Below are positions 1-16,590 of a DNA stretch of 64,000 nucleotides, one piece after another. Location: the NCBI GenBank assembly GCA_012295275.1, contig CM022669.1, positions 16,802,001 through 16,866,000 of the forward strand, given 5' to 3'. Position numbers and translations under genes: made by a program. This DNA is from Chrysomallon squamiferum. Taxonomy: Eukaryota > Animalia > Mollusca. Position 1 is the stretch's first letter. Every line of letters begins with the position of its first letter. The notes beneath the pieces are model-generated. The model was not told the DNA's origin. It did no database searches and was given only the letters and a program-made list of their open reading frames with translations.

Positions 1-1133
1 AGAGAGAATATTTTAAGAGACAGAAAAAAACAGCTCATTACTATTTACCTGTCTTGATATTGATGCAAAGAAACATTGCTATCATATACTATAACTTTTC
101 CAAGCATACATCTACATACATTTTAAATAATAATATTATCATCATCATCATCATCATACTCATAAGTACTACTACTACTACTACTACTACTATTACTACT
201 ACTATTACTTCTACTACTGCTGCTACAACAATAACAACTACTACTACTATTATTATAACTGTTGTTGCTGTTGTTGTTGTTGTTGTTGCCGTCGTGATTC
301 TTGTTTTGTTTTTATAACCCTTACGTGCTGACGTGTTTTCTAAACAGATATTGTGTTCTCTTGTTGATCTAAAATAACATAAACCGTAGTACTTTTAAAA
401 TAGTTTTTACACCTATTTGATTGATTAAAATGTTCCACAGCTTCCATGCCTTGGGTACTTTTGTAAACTCTTCTTAGTATTTCAATTCTCTTTTTTTACA
501 TCCCTAATCAAGCTGAGACGAAATTAAACCAAAATATACTAGCATATCAAATATCGCTGCTTTGTTAAAATTACATTAGTAATATATATTTTTTCTTACG
601 TTGTGAGAGTCATATTACATTACCTAATGTATTTTTAATCGTGTTTTTTTTTTTTTTTTTTTCTGTTCATAGTGTTGATAAAATATTTTTTATACTAAAT
701 TAATAGCAGCGGATTGGTATTTTTACAAAATATTTTACTTGTTAAATTCTATTTTCAGTCTTTAATGAAGCTACGAAATAAAACTGTCTGTGGGTTTAAT
801 GCTAAGGCTGGCTTTCACAGAAGTGATTAAATTTAATCCTGTTTGTTATAGCCGAATCAAAGTATAGTAAAAGGACAGTGAAAAGAACAGATGAAAATTG
901 CTTGAATGTACTTGTGTGATTAAGATTATTATTATTCCTATTATATTGCAGATTGGATTATTTGGTGAAGGTAATACTTGTAGTAGTCGAAGTGGTAGTA
1001 GTAGTGGTAGTAATAGTACTAGTGGTAGCGGTTGAGTAGTAGCAGTGGCAATAGTAGTAGTAGTAATAGTAGTAAAACTATTATGTAGTGATAGAAGCAG
1101 TAGTAGTAGTTATAGTAGCAGGAGTAGTAATAA

Positions 1134-1181
<48 letters not shown>

Positions 1182-2052
1182 AAATAGTGCTGGTAAGAAT
1201 GGAGGAGATGACGTAATGATGATGGTGGGTAAGATTTGATGATGATTTATTTCAAGTTATTTGATGTAGGAAACCTCTATCACTGAAATTAATTATCAAA
1301 ACGTCGCTGAATTTATGCACATTAACGTAAACTATATAATGTTAGAAAGATTTTATAGAACAGCTCAAAAACATATCTGTTCCTTTCAATATTGTTAATT
1401 TAAGTGAAATACCCCCGTGATTACAGAAATGTGTTTTGTTGTTTTATCCTTTCTCTTATCACCTAATTTCATTCCATTTATTTCATTGACGCCAGAAAAT
1501 ATGATAGAATCTAAATTCATTACTAACGATCAGTTTTTATATTAGATTTCATTATTATATTTAAAAAAAAATAAAAGAAATAATGTTATTATTATTAATA
1601 TTAGTTGTTGTAGTAGTAGAAGCAGTGGCAATACTGGTATCAGTCGCTGTTGTTGTCGTCGTAGTGGTAATGCAAGTTCTTATAGCAGATAAATAAGAGC
1701 AAGAGTATTTGCATTATTACCATTATTTTTATCAATATTATTGTCTTTATTATTAATATTTGCTGTTATTGCTGTAGTAATAGTAGAAGTAATAGCAGCA
1801 GTAATAGTAGTAGTAGTAGTAATTAAAGAAGGTAGTTGTACTATTATCATTATAATCATTATCATTACCGTTATCATTATCATTACAATTATTATTATTA
1901 TTATCATTATTATTATCATCATTATCATTACCATCATCAACTGAAATTATGCCATAAATTGATCCTATCATCATCATTATCATCATCACCCTTATTATTA
2001 TTATTGTTATTGTTATTATTACTATTATTTTATTATGATTATTATTATTATT

Positions 2053-2084
<32 letters not shown>

Positions 2085-2365
2085 GACGCTTGCTGTTGTT
2101 ATTATTACCTGTGGACAGGTATCTAAGGGTGTGTATGTGTGGGTGCGTCTTAGCTCTTTTTAATTAAAGTGCCTCGTTATTTATTTACACAAAGCAACAT
2201 TCTGCAATTACTTCATATCGATTTAACACTTTTTGTTATTTTATCACCTAGAACATAACGGTCAAACATTCTCGATTTCGTATTTTTAATTTATTTTTCT
2301 TTATTTTCTTCTTGTGTTCTTTAGTCTTCGATTAGCATTCATGAATATTTATTTATTTCAATAAT

Positions 2366-2438
<73 letters not shown>

Positions 2439-2601
2439 TAATAATATAATAATTAATAATAATAATAATAATAATGATGATGATGATGATGAATGATAAT
2501 GATAAAAAAGGAAAGAAAGAAAGCAAAGAAACAAAGAAATAACAAAACTAATTACGCTAATATGTCTTTAAATAAATTTAAAACATTTTTAATTTTATTT
2601 C

Positions 2602-2637
<36 letters not shown>

Positions 2638-3425
2638 TTTTGAATTCGGTAACAAACAGCCCCAAACTCTACGGATAACGCAAAAACTGTTGTTTTATAT
2701 GACCCTTTGCAAACCCACGAAAGAACAAATCCTGGAGTAGTAAGTAGTTGAGTATTGATTGGAATACATGGACGTTTAGAAATACCTCGTATTACTATTG
2801 CTAATACTCATACTAATACTAATACTGCCGTTACTGTTACTTCTACAACTACTACTACTACCACTGCTATTATTAATATTACTACTTGTTCTATTACTAC
2901 AACATTACTACAGCTACTGCTACTACTATTACTTTAACCACGACTACTACGTCTATTATTATTTCTTCTGCTACTTTTACAACATATTACTATTACTACA
3001 AATCTACAACTGTTATTACTAAAAATACTAATACTGTTAGTATTGACTATTACAACTAGTACTTCAATATCTACTACTACTATTAATTCCATTTCATCTT
3101 CTACTAAATTATTGTTATTACTACTACTACCACTGCTACAATTTTGTTTTTTCATTTGTTTTGTTGTTGTTGTTAATATTACAACTATTACTTCTTCTTA
3201 ATAATACTATTTCTAATACATATCATCATCATCTTTATAATCCCAGTCGTTGCCATGTTGTTGTTGTTGTTGTCATTACTATTATCACTTTAATTATTAT
3301 TATTATTATTATTAATTATTAATTATTATTATTATCATCATCATCATTATTATTAATATTAATTATTAAATATTTTTATTATTGTTATTATTATTATTAA
3401 TTATTGTTATTATTATTATTTATTA

Positions 3426-3498
<73 letters not shown>

Positions 3499-3953
3499 CA
3501 ATCTGCAATCAGTTTACTCTAGTGACTATACAAAACACAAGTTCATTACGAAGCTGATAAACACGCAATCGGCAATTTCATTAATCAAAAAAAAATACTA
3601 CGATCACTTCATAATTACGACCGCCTTGACAAATAAACCAGCTCCCTGTGGATCTATCTTATTAACCATCACGCAAACAGTATTTCCCAGAGTACAAAAC
3701 ACAATAGCAAATAATAAAATAACAAGGTAATTAATAAGCAAAACCATGTTTGATTAACTAGTCATATTTCATAGAAAATGACAAAGGTGACATGATGAAA
3801 GTAATAAAATTGCAGTGATCATCGTACAGCAGTGATCTCGCTGGCCACTGGGAAACAATACTACTTAATAATAACTGGGTTGGATATATTTAATTTATTA
3901 ATATGATGTTGAAGATTAAGTAGAGCAAGCAAATATACACGTATATTCACGTT

Positions 3954-3956
<3 letters not shown>

Positions 3957-4035
<79 letters not shown>

Positions 4036-4075
4036 AGGGAGAGGGAGAGGGAGAGGGGAGGGAGAGGGAGAGGGA

Positions 4076-4144
<69 letters not shown>
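3957..4144. repeat. (GA)n microsatellite with a (GGGAGA)n core
   Basis: Direct reading. Confidence 0.97.
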
Positions 4145-4145
<1 letters not shown>

Positions 4146-5225
4146 AGACAAAATATAATTTTAAAAAACATATGAAAAGGCCATTAACAAACAAAAAAGA
4201 AACTGTGACACACAGTACTGAACACATACACCACACGCACACGCACAGGTACGCACAGATGTGCATCTTCCAGCTCATAAATACATCGAAACTTAATTAG
4301 ATCCACACTGAGCGAAATAAAATAATGAAAATGAAAAATATGCACTCACATACAAAAACAAATCCCATTAATTCTGTTTTTCATTAGTCTCTGCTGCGCA
4401 GGTATGACGTAAGACATCAAAATAAGAATTATTAGTTTAGGCTTTGGCTTCGTAAACAGGACTGAAGATTAATTAAATGTTACTTCGACAGTACTTTCAC
4501 AAATACCGAATATTCTGACTCAGCACAGTACGCAAATATAGATATATATATATATAATTACATATATATATCAGTGACGTTAGTGACAACTAAACATATG
4601 TTTGTCCATTCAAACCACGCTTTTCATTAAGCGATCGAAATTCTTGCTTTTTCTGCAGCTGTCGATTTCCAAATTAGATCAGCAATCATATTTGTATTGC
4701 TGCGGAATTATCTACCGAGATATAAATTGAAAAAAAAAAAAAAAACTTTAAAGAATGGGGCTGGACATATAATATCGTTAGCAAGCTCTTAACGAATAAT
4801 ATCTTTATTGTACGTTCAAGATAAAATAGAAAAGAAAAAATAAAAGAAAAAAAGAAAGAAAGAAATTCTGAAAGGTACAAAAGAAGCCGTCATGAATAAG
4901 ACATTCGCGTTCACAGGTCAGAGGTGTTAAAGAGATTTTCTGTTCTCGAGGTGTCATGCCTTAGTGGTGCAAAGTGGCAGGCGACTTGTAAGAAAGAGAC
5001 GGTCTTAAATAATGCACAGCGCCCAGAGTAAATGAAGAAATACTTTTGCCCAGCAGTAAATGAAAAACGGCTTGAAAAAGGAGCGCATGACAATGAAACG
5101 GGAGAGGTGCCGGGATCGAGTTGGTGAAAGGAAAGAATTTAGGAGGTAGCGTAATAACAAAAGAAACAAAACAACATTTAACAGTTAAATTAAACATAAA
5201 TTTGTCAAGTCTTTGAAGCCAGTGA

Positions 5226-5451
<226 letters not shown>

Positions 5452-6162
5452 AATTATAGAGTTTGTATATATTTTTGTATATACAATCACAGACCTCAAA
5501 AAAAATATATAAAACGTAACGTTTTTTGTTGGGGTTGTTTGTGGATTTTTTTAAATTTATTTTATATGTATGTTGTATTTTGAGTCTAGTATATAATATT
5601 ACAGACTGCAGAGAATATATATAGAAAATTTTAATGTTTTTATTATTATTATTATGATTATTATTTTATGGTGATTGGGCACACAGTGAACTCGATCGCT
5701 CGCATTCTCCAGTCTCTAAGCCCGTGTTACGAGAGAGATCTGTGAAACGGAACACAGAAACAAAAACCAATACACCAAATGACCGATTTCTTATCACAAA
5801 CTGGCAATTTGTCTTTGTTCAGTTTTATCTTACACGTCAAAGACTACACTAATTATATTTTCTTCGTATTGCTTGATAGTTCCACGCTTCCAGGAAACCA
5901 ATACGCAAGTTGTCTTAATATAACTAATCCCACATTAACTGTAGCATTATTTTCCAGAAGTTATCGTAAATAATTAAGTGACTTTGGAAATCTTCTCCTA
6001 TTTTCTCCTGACTTTCATAATGAAGGGAATAATTGAAAAAACTAAAATAATAAAAAAAAGAGTAAATCAAATATAAAGATTATCGAATGACGTTAAAGAA
6101 TTAAAGGGACCAATAATTATTTTTACCATGTTGAATAATGGAACGAGAAAAGAAGCCTTCTT

Positions 6163-6255
<93 letters not shown>

Positions 6256-7050
6256 TCTATTGTTGTTGTTGTTTTTATTATTATTACTGTTGTAGTTGTT
6301 GCTGCTGATGCTGTTGCTGATGGTGTTGTTTTTGATATTTACTACTAAAATCACTCCTGCAATAAGCATTATTGCTGATCTACATCTACTATTAATACTG
6401 TTGCTATTACTACTTCTATGCTACTACTACTACTGCAGCTACTTCTGCTAGTACTGCTAGTAGTACTATTACTACAGCTAATAAAAATAATAATTTCCAT
6501 AAGATTCATTTTAGCTATAACTATTTATGCATATTTTCTCGCTCTAGACTTTTCTCCCCTGGTAAAGCTGTTATGTTGAACAAAAAGTAAACATTCCAAT
6601 CAAACAAAGAAGTGTCGTAACCAAGCAAGAACCTCCTGAGATACACGTCTACAATGTCTGTTTTAAGTGTTTAGTACAGAATGGGAACATACTGATGTGC
6701 GTGTCAAAGCCAGATATGTTTTGTTGGGAAAACAGAAGCAATGAAAAAGTTTCCACACAGCAGTGATGTTAGTATGTTAGTGTAATAGTAGTTTGAGTCG
6801 AAAGGTTGTTAGAATATTTCAGAGTCTACAGTGACATTAGAAGAATGAGAGAGAGGCTGGTGCAGTGGGTTAGAAGAGTAATTATTTATTCTGCAGCGGT
6901 TTTCGTTATTAAATGAGACTGTCAGTAGAAATGATCTGAACATTAAGATTCAGTCCAAGCAGAAACCGGCCTAAGGGTTGTATACAATTTTCTTACACAG
7001 TCAGTCACCAGGGATAATATTGTGGAAACGCAAAAAATAAATAATTTCAA

Positions 7051-7160
<110 letters not shown>

Positions 7161-8031
7161 GTAAGCCGAAGCATAATTAAGAGAGAAGAAACTAAATCAC
7201 ATAATTATTTATCATTGTTAAAGATATCTTACTATTATTTATTTACAGCAGTCACAATGTAAAGAAAGAATAATAAAATTAAAACTTCTCTAACGTTTTT
7301 TTTTTTTGTCTTTTTAAATTTCGTTTTTATTATATTTCTTTAGATAATCTTGTTTTTAAACAAGTCCTTCCACGTTAGTTAAACATAATAGCTGTATAAT
7401 ACAGCGTAAATGAGTATTGTTATTCAGCAAACGATCGTTTTAAGCCGCAAAGCACGGATAAGCTGCCATTACACGTAACAAATTATTAAAACGATATTTT
7501 TAACGTCCTTCTTCTTGCAAAGGGATCGAAGAAAACTTGCCTTCAGTACATCCTCTGTTAAACGAAATACCTTGTTGACGACATGACGTCATAATGCTAT
7601 TATCACGCGGAAAATTGAGTTGGTAATTGAGGAAATTACGTCATTGGATTGTATCGCTTTAGAAGCCGTAGATAATACGATCCTTTGCGTTAGACGGTTC
7701 AATGCACGTTTGACACAGAAATCTGTGTTTGTAATTGTCTGGTGGTCGCTAAGGTAGGAAGACTAGCTTTTGTATAAGATGTGTATACGTCACTGAATTT
7801 AATCCGAGGAAGGTTGCGGGATCGTATGACAGGAACCACACTTACATCATATTAACAAAAACAAATTGGTTTAATAACGGCTAAGCTGTGATTTTGTTTC
7901 TCTCTCTCTGATGTATTAGCCTAACAGATAAGCAGACAGACAATGCATACAGTTGAATTAAAGACCCAGACGTAGGTAAATGTTTAATAGTGTAGGCTTG
8001 TTGGACTGATTAACTGAACCTTCTTCTTCTT

Positions 8032-8062
<31 letters not shown>

Positions 8063-8697
8063 ACAATCTCCTCATCATCATCCTCTTCGTCATCATCATC
8101 ATCATTATAATTCCTATGTATTAATAGGTGTTTATGTTTGTGTGTGTCGACGGATGTATGGATGGATGGATACAGTCTGAGAATTGTTTTTAATTGTTTA
8201 TATTAGGTAACTGTAATTATAACACGCGAGAAACTGCAGCGTTGTACACAATTAATCAATTCGTTCAATGCATTAACCGTGGCTCGTAAATAATCGAGTT
8301 TGCATGCCACAACTGAATACAGTTTTACATTAATAATTGTTGTTGTTGTCGTTACTTCTTCTACAGAAAGTTTTGTTATTTATTTATTTATTTATTTTAT
8401 TTATTTATTTATATACTTACTTACATACGTACTTACTTACTTCATTATACATTTACTTATTTTGTTAGTATTAATTTATTCCTTAAGTCATTTCCTTTTA
8501 AATCTTGACTAATTTTCCTTTCACTTAAAACTTACAAAACAATAAAAGACCACATAACACTATTATTTATTCTTTAAACAGAAGGAAAATAATTTCTTTA
8601 TTGCTTTTAAAAATTTCTTTATAATCTTTTATTTAATTTTATTTTATTTAATTTTATTTTATTTTATTTTTTTATTATTTTTTTATTTATTTATTAT

Positions 8698-8734
<37 letters not shown>

Positions 8735-11700
8735 GTAATGAGGGACTCATCTAAAGAGATTTGTATCAATGAATGATTATAGCCTACGCATTCTCAACGT
8801 TTCAGACGTATATTAAACGTATTGATTTCTTTGTCTTGGGTTTCAGGAACAATTTCGTTATTTCGTTTTTTTTTTTTCTTAATCACTTTAAACTGTCCTG
8901 AGTCGTACACTACTTCGTTCTGAGTCAGTGAACTCAAGCAAATTTTAGAAAAAGAGAAATGTAACGTTTTAAGTTTATAATATTTTATTTATTTATTTAT
9001 TTATTTACTTATTTATTTACTTACTTATTTACTTATTTATTTATTTATTCATTCATTCATTCATTCATTCATTTAATAATTTATTAATTCACTTATTGAT
9101 TTACTGATATATTGAATTGTTGATTGATTTTTTGTTTCTTTTGTTCTTTTTTTTTCTTTCTTGATGATGATTATGATGATAATGATAATTATGATGATGA
9201 TGATGATGATGATTATTATTATTATTACTGTTGTTGTTGTTGTTGTTTATGTTGTTATCTTTATTTATTTATTTATTTATTTATTTACTAGTATTTTGAT
9301 TATTTTGTTTCGGTTTTTATATTTATTTTATTTTATTATTTTGTTTTAAGCGAAATATGAAATATCGAAAGGCGTGTATTATTATTATTTTTGTTCTTTT
9401 TATTTTTTAATTTATTTTATTTTTTTTATATGAAGATTTAAAATATTATATGTCTGTACATTTCTGTATCTGCATAACTGTCCTAATGATATTTCTTCAT
9501 TCAAAAATAGGGACATCACATTTCTTTAGAAATATAACCAAAATTAAACTGCGTTTCGGAAAGAAGAAAGAAACTAAGAAACTAAAAGTAGAATAGAAAG
9601 TACAAAAAAACTAAATTCACAAAGAGACAGACAAAAACAAACATCCATCTCTCTTTTCGTTCATTATTTCAAGGGGCGGTGTTTGGTTTATCTATAAAAC
9701 GTTCTGGTGAGGTACAGTGCACGCCATCTTTGATGTGGCAAAAGCCTTAGTGCTTACAAAGCATTAAGTGAAAACAAAATAATTCTAAAAGCCTCGCTGT
9801 TACATAATTATAAGTTGGACAAGTACAGTAATACACTTTATAATATTATAATAAGATAACTATATAACTGTATAAGACATGTGTAAGACAGTAGTGTCTT
9901 TGATTCATCTAAATGATATTTAAATGGGAAATCTGCTAGTTTTATCTATAGGCAGATTAAATAAATAAATACATGTGTGTACGTATGTATGTAAGTAAGT
10001 ATGCTCATATTTCACGAGCCGATCATGGTTCAGTCAAAACTGATAAAATGTTTGTATTTATCAATTTATCTATTAGTTTAATGAATGTTTTGATTTTTTT
10101 TCTTTAAGCCTTTTTCACGTGTCTAAAAATATAAAACACTGCATTGATGATATTTACACATCAAATGATCTAGCTGTTTTATTTAATTCGGTTTACCTAC
10201 GAAATCATCACGTGAAATTTGCATAATCAATGTTTTATTATAGCTGCGTTAAAAAAAACAAAAAAACATAAACAACAATTTTTAAACAATTTTAAATCAC
10301 TGTTTCACTGGAATTTTCATAATCCACGTATAGTAACCTTTTTTTTTTTCTGTAACAATCTGTCAATCAGTCTGAAGCGATGTACTGGATGTATCTGTAT
10401 AATGGATGTTTGGTTATGGATCCGTTAAACCCATATAACTATTTTTCGCTACAAACTAACGTGAAATACCGCACTGGTCGTAGCTGCATAATGAATGGTT
10501 TGGTTACGGTTCACCTGAATCTAATACAACACTTGTTTTATTTATCTAGTAATTCCTGTCGTCATCGGTTTTGATGGTTGTCTGCGAGAATTGATGTTAA
10601 CAAGTACAGAACAGAATACACACTTTGCCCTTTGGAGTTCAGACAACGTTATAAAACCACTTATCTATGTCAGAACTTTATTTTCTACAGAACACGAACA
10701 GTTTCTGAAGAGACCTTGAGTTCTGCATTTAGGAGTTTTTATTAAGCAGCTCAGAACTGGAGTAGTGATAATTTCGCCAAATTTAGAGAATAGGAAACCA
10801 ATTAGTTTCGCAAGCAAGAAATGAGAGCAATTAGGCTTTTCGTAAATTTCGTGAAATTTAATTTTGTTTCTGTCTTATTGGTTTGTGTTAAGAGTGCAGA
10901 ACAAAGTGATGTTAACGACAGGTGTGTGTGTGGGGGGGGGGTGTATGTGTGGGTGTGTGCGTCTATCTGTCTGTCTGTTATGGTTAATGCAATGTAGAGT
11001 GCATCACATTTTATTGAATCAAGTTTCATTAAAGCAAATATTGACTGTTATACAAAAATCGGTGTTTCGATTCATCTCTGCTCTATTTCTGCTTATATTC
11101 CGAGATCATTTTTATTAATTTTAATTACTGTATATGACAACATGATAAAATATGTGAAATTAGTTTTGAAAAAATACATATCATCTCTGTATAATCATCT
11201 TCATAATCATCATTTTATTTATTCAGCAGATTATTTTTCATTACGGTTATTTATCAACTGCTCATCGTTCTTCATTTTGACAACCACATCTAACATCATC
11301 ATCATTATTAACATTATCATCTTCAGCATCATCAATATTAATCATCCTTATCATTACCATTATCTTTTTTAATCATCATTACGAGTATTATCAAGAAATC
11401 ATCATTGTCTTCACGGTCATTATTTTCATCTGAACAATCAACATCATCATTATCGTGATGATCAACGTAGACATCACCAACTACAGCACCATTGAGACTC
11501 AGTTACCAGACAACAGCAGTTCGATACTGTACACGAAAGACAGAGTAATTACATCGGTAATAACGTTATGTAGACAATAGAAGCAATTCCTGGTTCGTAT
11601 GTAGAGATGCTAGTTTTATTTATGACGACAGTGGATAATATATCTGTTGTTGGAAACACGATTACTGTCATTAAACTAATATACAGGGAGATATAGACAT

Positions 11701-11780
11701 AATACTATTGAACAGTTTATGAGCTATTATCCGTCGTTATTACCACTACTATCGCTGCAGCTGCTACTACTACTACTACT

Positions 11781-11799
11781 ATGCTACTACTACTACTGT

Positions 11800-11866
<67 letters not shown>

Positions 11867-11924
11867 GCTACTACTACTACTGTTACATGTATATATATAT
11901 ATACGTATACATATACATATATAT

Positions 11925-11935
<11 letters not shown>
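11781..11935. repeat. Tandem duplication of a composite (CTA)n-GTTACATG-(TA)n unit (~85 bp x2)
   Basis: ATGCTACTACTACTACTGTTACATGTATATA occurs at 11781 and again at ~11865. Confidence 0.75.
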
Positions 11936-12005
<70 letters not shown>

Positions 12006-12755
12006 CAAACACACACACACATAGATAAACATACACATCTATGCATACATACACATATACGTACATATTATTTATTTAGTTAGTTATTTTCTGTAACAGA
12101 CATTTGCTGAATTTCTTTCTTTTATTTATTTATTATATATTTTTTTTTCATTGCTTAATGTTTTTTAATTATTACTATCATTTGTTTCTATGATAATCTT
12201 TAACCCAGGCGTACACCAAGACTGTCTATTTCTATAACAACTGCATTTATCATGTTATTTATTTAATATATTTATTCAGATTGCTTATTATTTAGCATCT
12301 GTACATGCCTTTATTTTACAACGCTCAGTATTAATAGTCTATCACTCTATCGCGTTCTTTTTCTGGTTTTTTTCTGACTAAAATGACTTGCTTCATTATA
12401 ACTTCACAGCAGTGGATGATAAGTTTTATGCCAGACAGTCAATAAACGATTCACGAGAGACAGATAACTGTGTTTAAAAAATATATATATATATACATGT
12501 ACGAGATATGTTTTAGCAGAAAACGCAGGGGCGTTAGAATTGCATGAAATATTGTTACGTACTACTGCGAGTCTCTTTCATGTGAAAATGTTCCCTGTAG
12601 AATAAAAATGTATGTTTTAGTGATGTAATCTAAATATTCTAATAAAGAATGTTCTTGAAATAAAAAACAAATTAAAGAAATAAAAAATAAAGGAATGTAG
12701 AAAAGGAAAATAGCAAAGAAACAGAAAGTGAGAAAGAGATAGACGGGGAAAAAGG

Positions 12756-12786
<31 letters not shown>

Positions 12787-13732
12787 ATGAAAGTATAATA
12801 AATAAATAAATAAATAATCCAAAATTGATATTTAAAGTCACAGGTTTACATTTATGACGTTCAAAATAAAACATTTCTACGTTGCTAGTTTCAAGGACAA
12901 TAAAATCTTTAATTTTCGCGAATTTGTCACCAATAACACCAATACGGTAATTTATCGGATTAACAAATTCTATTTTATCAAATACAGAATAATAATTTAC
13001 AACAGTTTTATTATAAACAGAGCATTCCCTAACCTCTTTATGCATTGTAAATAACACCATAAGTGTAGACAAATTTTCTACTACAACTGAATGGCTGTAA
13101 TGGCATTTTGCCAAAGAAAAGAAATGAAAGAGACACAAACGTAATGAATAGAGCCATAGTAGTAATATCCATACATACATACATACATATACATATATAT
13201 AATATTCAGAAACGATATTAAGAGACTTTACGTTAATATGTTTTAACTGTTATAGACAGTGAAAGAAAGTGATTGCACTTAGTCTTTTATTATTGAGAAT
13301 ATGTTTACGCAAAGATATAACACGTATATTATAACATTATGTGCATTTATCTAATTAACCGTGTATGTAGCCATAACGATGTTATGTCCAAACATACAAA
13401 TGTATAAAAGCATATATAAACACACATATATGTATCAATTCACACACCCATACACATATACTTAAAATATACACACACGCACACACACACAGATATACAC
13501 ACACACACATATACGCACATACATATATACACTCAGGCATGGATGCATCGTCCACATATACATGCATACATATAAACACACACACACACACAAACACAAA
13601 TACTTTTCTACAATTAACAATAACAGAAAAATACACACAATTATGTTTTGTAGCAATAATGTATATAAATGATGAATATATCGACCTACCTTCAAATCTG
13701 TAGTTTCCCGTAAAAATCCACAAACATCGACA

Positions 13733-13866
13733 TTGTCACAGCCTATATAATTAACTGTCACAGAACAGCCTATATTAAAACTCACACAGAACAGTCTGTA
13801 ATAAAACTCTCTGAACTGTCTACGTTTAAAATGTCACAAAAACAGTCTTACATTAAAACCGTTACA
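13733..13866. repeat. ~26-bp degenerate tandem repeat, ~5 copies
   Basis: Consensus TGTCACAGAACAGCCTATATTAAAAC. Confidence 0.7.
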
Positions 13867-14439
13867 AGCGAGACGAGTAATTCAACTGACAGACTACAAC
13901 CGTCTTTACAACCTGCCTTAATAATCATATGCTTCAGTGCAGTTATCACAGCTAGCAGTCAGAACTCTCTCAGTCTGTTTAAATATCGTGCAAATACATA
14001 AACCTCCGTTCTTGATATTTCAATTCCGCCTTTGTTTTAAATCACCTGTGACAGTTATATTAAAACCAAATAAAAAAAAAAATTAAAAAAAAAGGGAATT
14101 GAAGATATAATCATCACTGTTATTACTGTTATCGTTTTTTTCATTAGTAACAAAATGAAGTACGGCTGATGTGAAAACGCCAGATTGGTTTTTATACGTC
14201 AGTGAAGATGTCAGTATTTTTCAGACGACAAATAACATTCGTTTATGTTTAATACAGGAAATATATACAATTATCTGCTGTCGCAACTAAGCATGTCGTC
14301 TGTTCAGAAAGCCCCAGACTCAGTTTCTCCTTGTTTCAAATCGTTGTCGAGAAGCAGTGTGAAAATAACGCAACTACATCTTCCAATTTATACTTCGTCC
14401 AGCAAAGAAAAAAAAAAAGGATTAACGAGTATCGTGTTA

Positions 14440-14710
14440 ACGGACAGAAAAGAAGCCTCGGAAATACGTCTCAATCGCGGTCACGCGACACGGCGCTAAT
14501 ACAACACCTCCCAGGAGGCGCGCAAGTTAAAAATATGCGTAGAACGTAATCAAATTTGTGCTCGTGAGGGCCCCGTCGTGAGCTTCTCCGATTGGCTGAC
14601 ACGTTATTAAGTATTTCTGACAGCTGGATAACGTCGTAAGTATGTACGATCGGTGTGCAGATGCGGAGGTATGTTCGTGCAAACAGTCGGCCTGCGACGC
14701 GGTTATTCTC
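14440..14710. promoter_or_regulatory. CpG-rich island with a consensus CCAAT box
   Basis: Dense CpG in an AT-rich background; minus-strand CAGCCAATCG at 14589-14598 (NF-Y consensus). Confidence 0.35.
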
Positions 14711-16030
14711 AAGACAGTTGATTCTGTTTTGTTATTTCTGACTTCAGGTTTTCTTCCTGCGGGATCATAAAAATTGCAATTGAATTGAATTCAGTGTCAC
14801 AAAGTCAACACGAATGGCTCTACAAGCTTGTTTCTGTCACTTTTCGGTCAGCGATAAAAATGAAAAGATGACTCAGATCATGGTTCTATATTTATTATTT
14901 TCCAGTTGTATCTTATTCTATCTCGTTTTAGTTGTTGTTTGGGTTTTTTTCGGTGATACGATACCCGACAGAGAGTACACGATTTAAACCTCAGTTGACG
15001 AACAACACAAATTCGACATCGAAAAAAACGGCAGAAGTTTGTTTCATGACACTGAAAACTAGTCTCAGTTTTTAATTTGTTTTCCTCATCAACATTATTT
15101 CTAAATTCAGGAATTCATTGTAAGATACGTACATTCAAAACATACTCATACTCCATTGATACACACTATACCTCAAAATAATTGTGAAAAGATAATAACA
15201 AAAGCAAACAAAAATTAAGAAACGAAAAGAAAGATACACATAGATATCCAAAAAATAACGATGCTAAATTTCGGAAAATAGAATTTGTTAGTGGTGTTGA
15301 TATTACTGCTACTGTTTCTTTTCGTTTTTAAACAGAAATATGTAATATGTAGATGGTTGTGGTTTTTTCGTGGTTTTCTTTATGTTATAAGTGATATAAT
15401 ATTTAGTTGTTTTTGCTGTAGCCAACCAAAAAAATTAACAATCTTAGAATGTAGAAACATTTTAATTTATTTTTCTCAATTTTATTTTATTTTATTTTCT
15501 GCAAAAGAGAGAAAAAGAAATGAAAAAAGAAACAAATAACAAATGAAGAGAAACATTCAAAGTGTGAATAAAACACCAATATATTGATCTATCCTCACTG
15601 AGTCGAAACCGGATCTTTTAATCTGACAAAATGAATAGATTACTGTGTATATGTGTTTTAGTGCCACATGTGAATTCTACTGTTACAACATGTAGCTGTT
15701 AATGTGAAACATACATACATGTAATTACAGCGCCTAGCACAGCAAACCAGCTGTCACTTTATTATTATTACACTTTACTCGTTCTAAAAAAAAAAAAAAA
15801 GTCTATGTATATAATATATTCGCTCTATTGTGAACTTACGGAAATTATTGTGTGGGTTTGTGGGTATGTATGTGTATGAGTGTGTATATATAAAGAGAGG
15901 TTATATGTATGTGTTTGTCTTTCTCTATGTATGTATGCATGTACGTGTACGTGTTTTTTTTGTGTGTGACTGTAGACTTGAGTGCGTGTTTGTGTGTGTA
16001 TATGTACGTATGTATATACGTGTGTATGTA

Positions 16031-16063
<33 letters not shown>

Positions 16064-16480
16064 TGTATGTATGTATGTATGCGTATGTGTGTTGTGTATA
16101 TGTGTGTATTCAGGTTACAAGCCAAATATTTCACAGTCCTCGGACTTCTTATGAAACGAAACGTCAACAGAGGATTATATCTAAGATCACTTAGTTAAAT
16201 AACTGAACATTGACACTTCATATTATGATTTAAACATAACTGTTATATAGTTGGAGTGTCATCGAATAATAATGAAGCAAAGATGGGATAAACGTTCTTT
16301 TCAAACACGCAACAAATGATATAACTAAGGATTGTATTTGCAGTTCAGGTTTACCTAATTTGATGAAGCTACGTTAGTAGGTTCTCTTGAATCGTGTACT
16401 TATTTTTCGTAGTTAATGTAGTATATATGAATGTTAGGGAAAGAGACAGAGGGAGAAAGAGGGAGAGGGAGGTAGGGACA

Positions 16481-16590
<110 letters not shown>

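Noticed and set aside
12617-13180. 187-aa minus-strand ORF
   Set aside because: Partly (GAAA)n repeat, AT-rich, no recognisable motif or convincing exon boundaries.
14245-14712. Short ORFs over the CpG-rich patch
   Set aside because: No homology signal or consistent splice structure; better explained as regulatory or UTR sequence.
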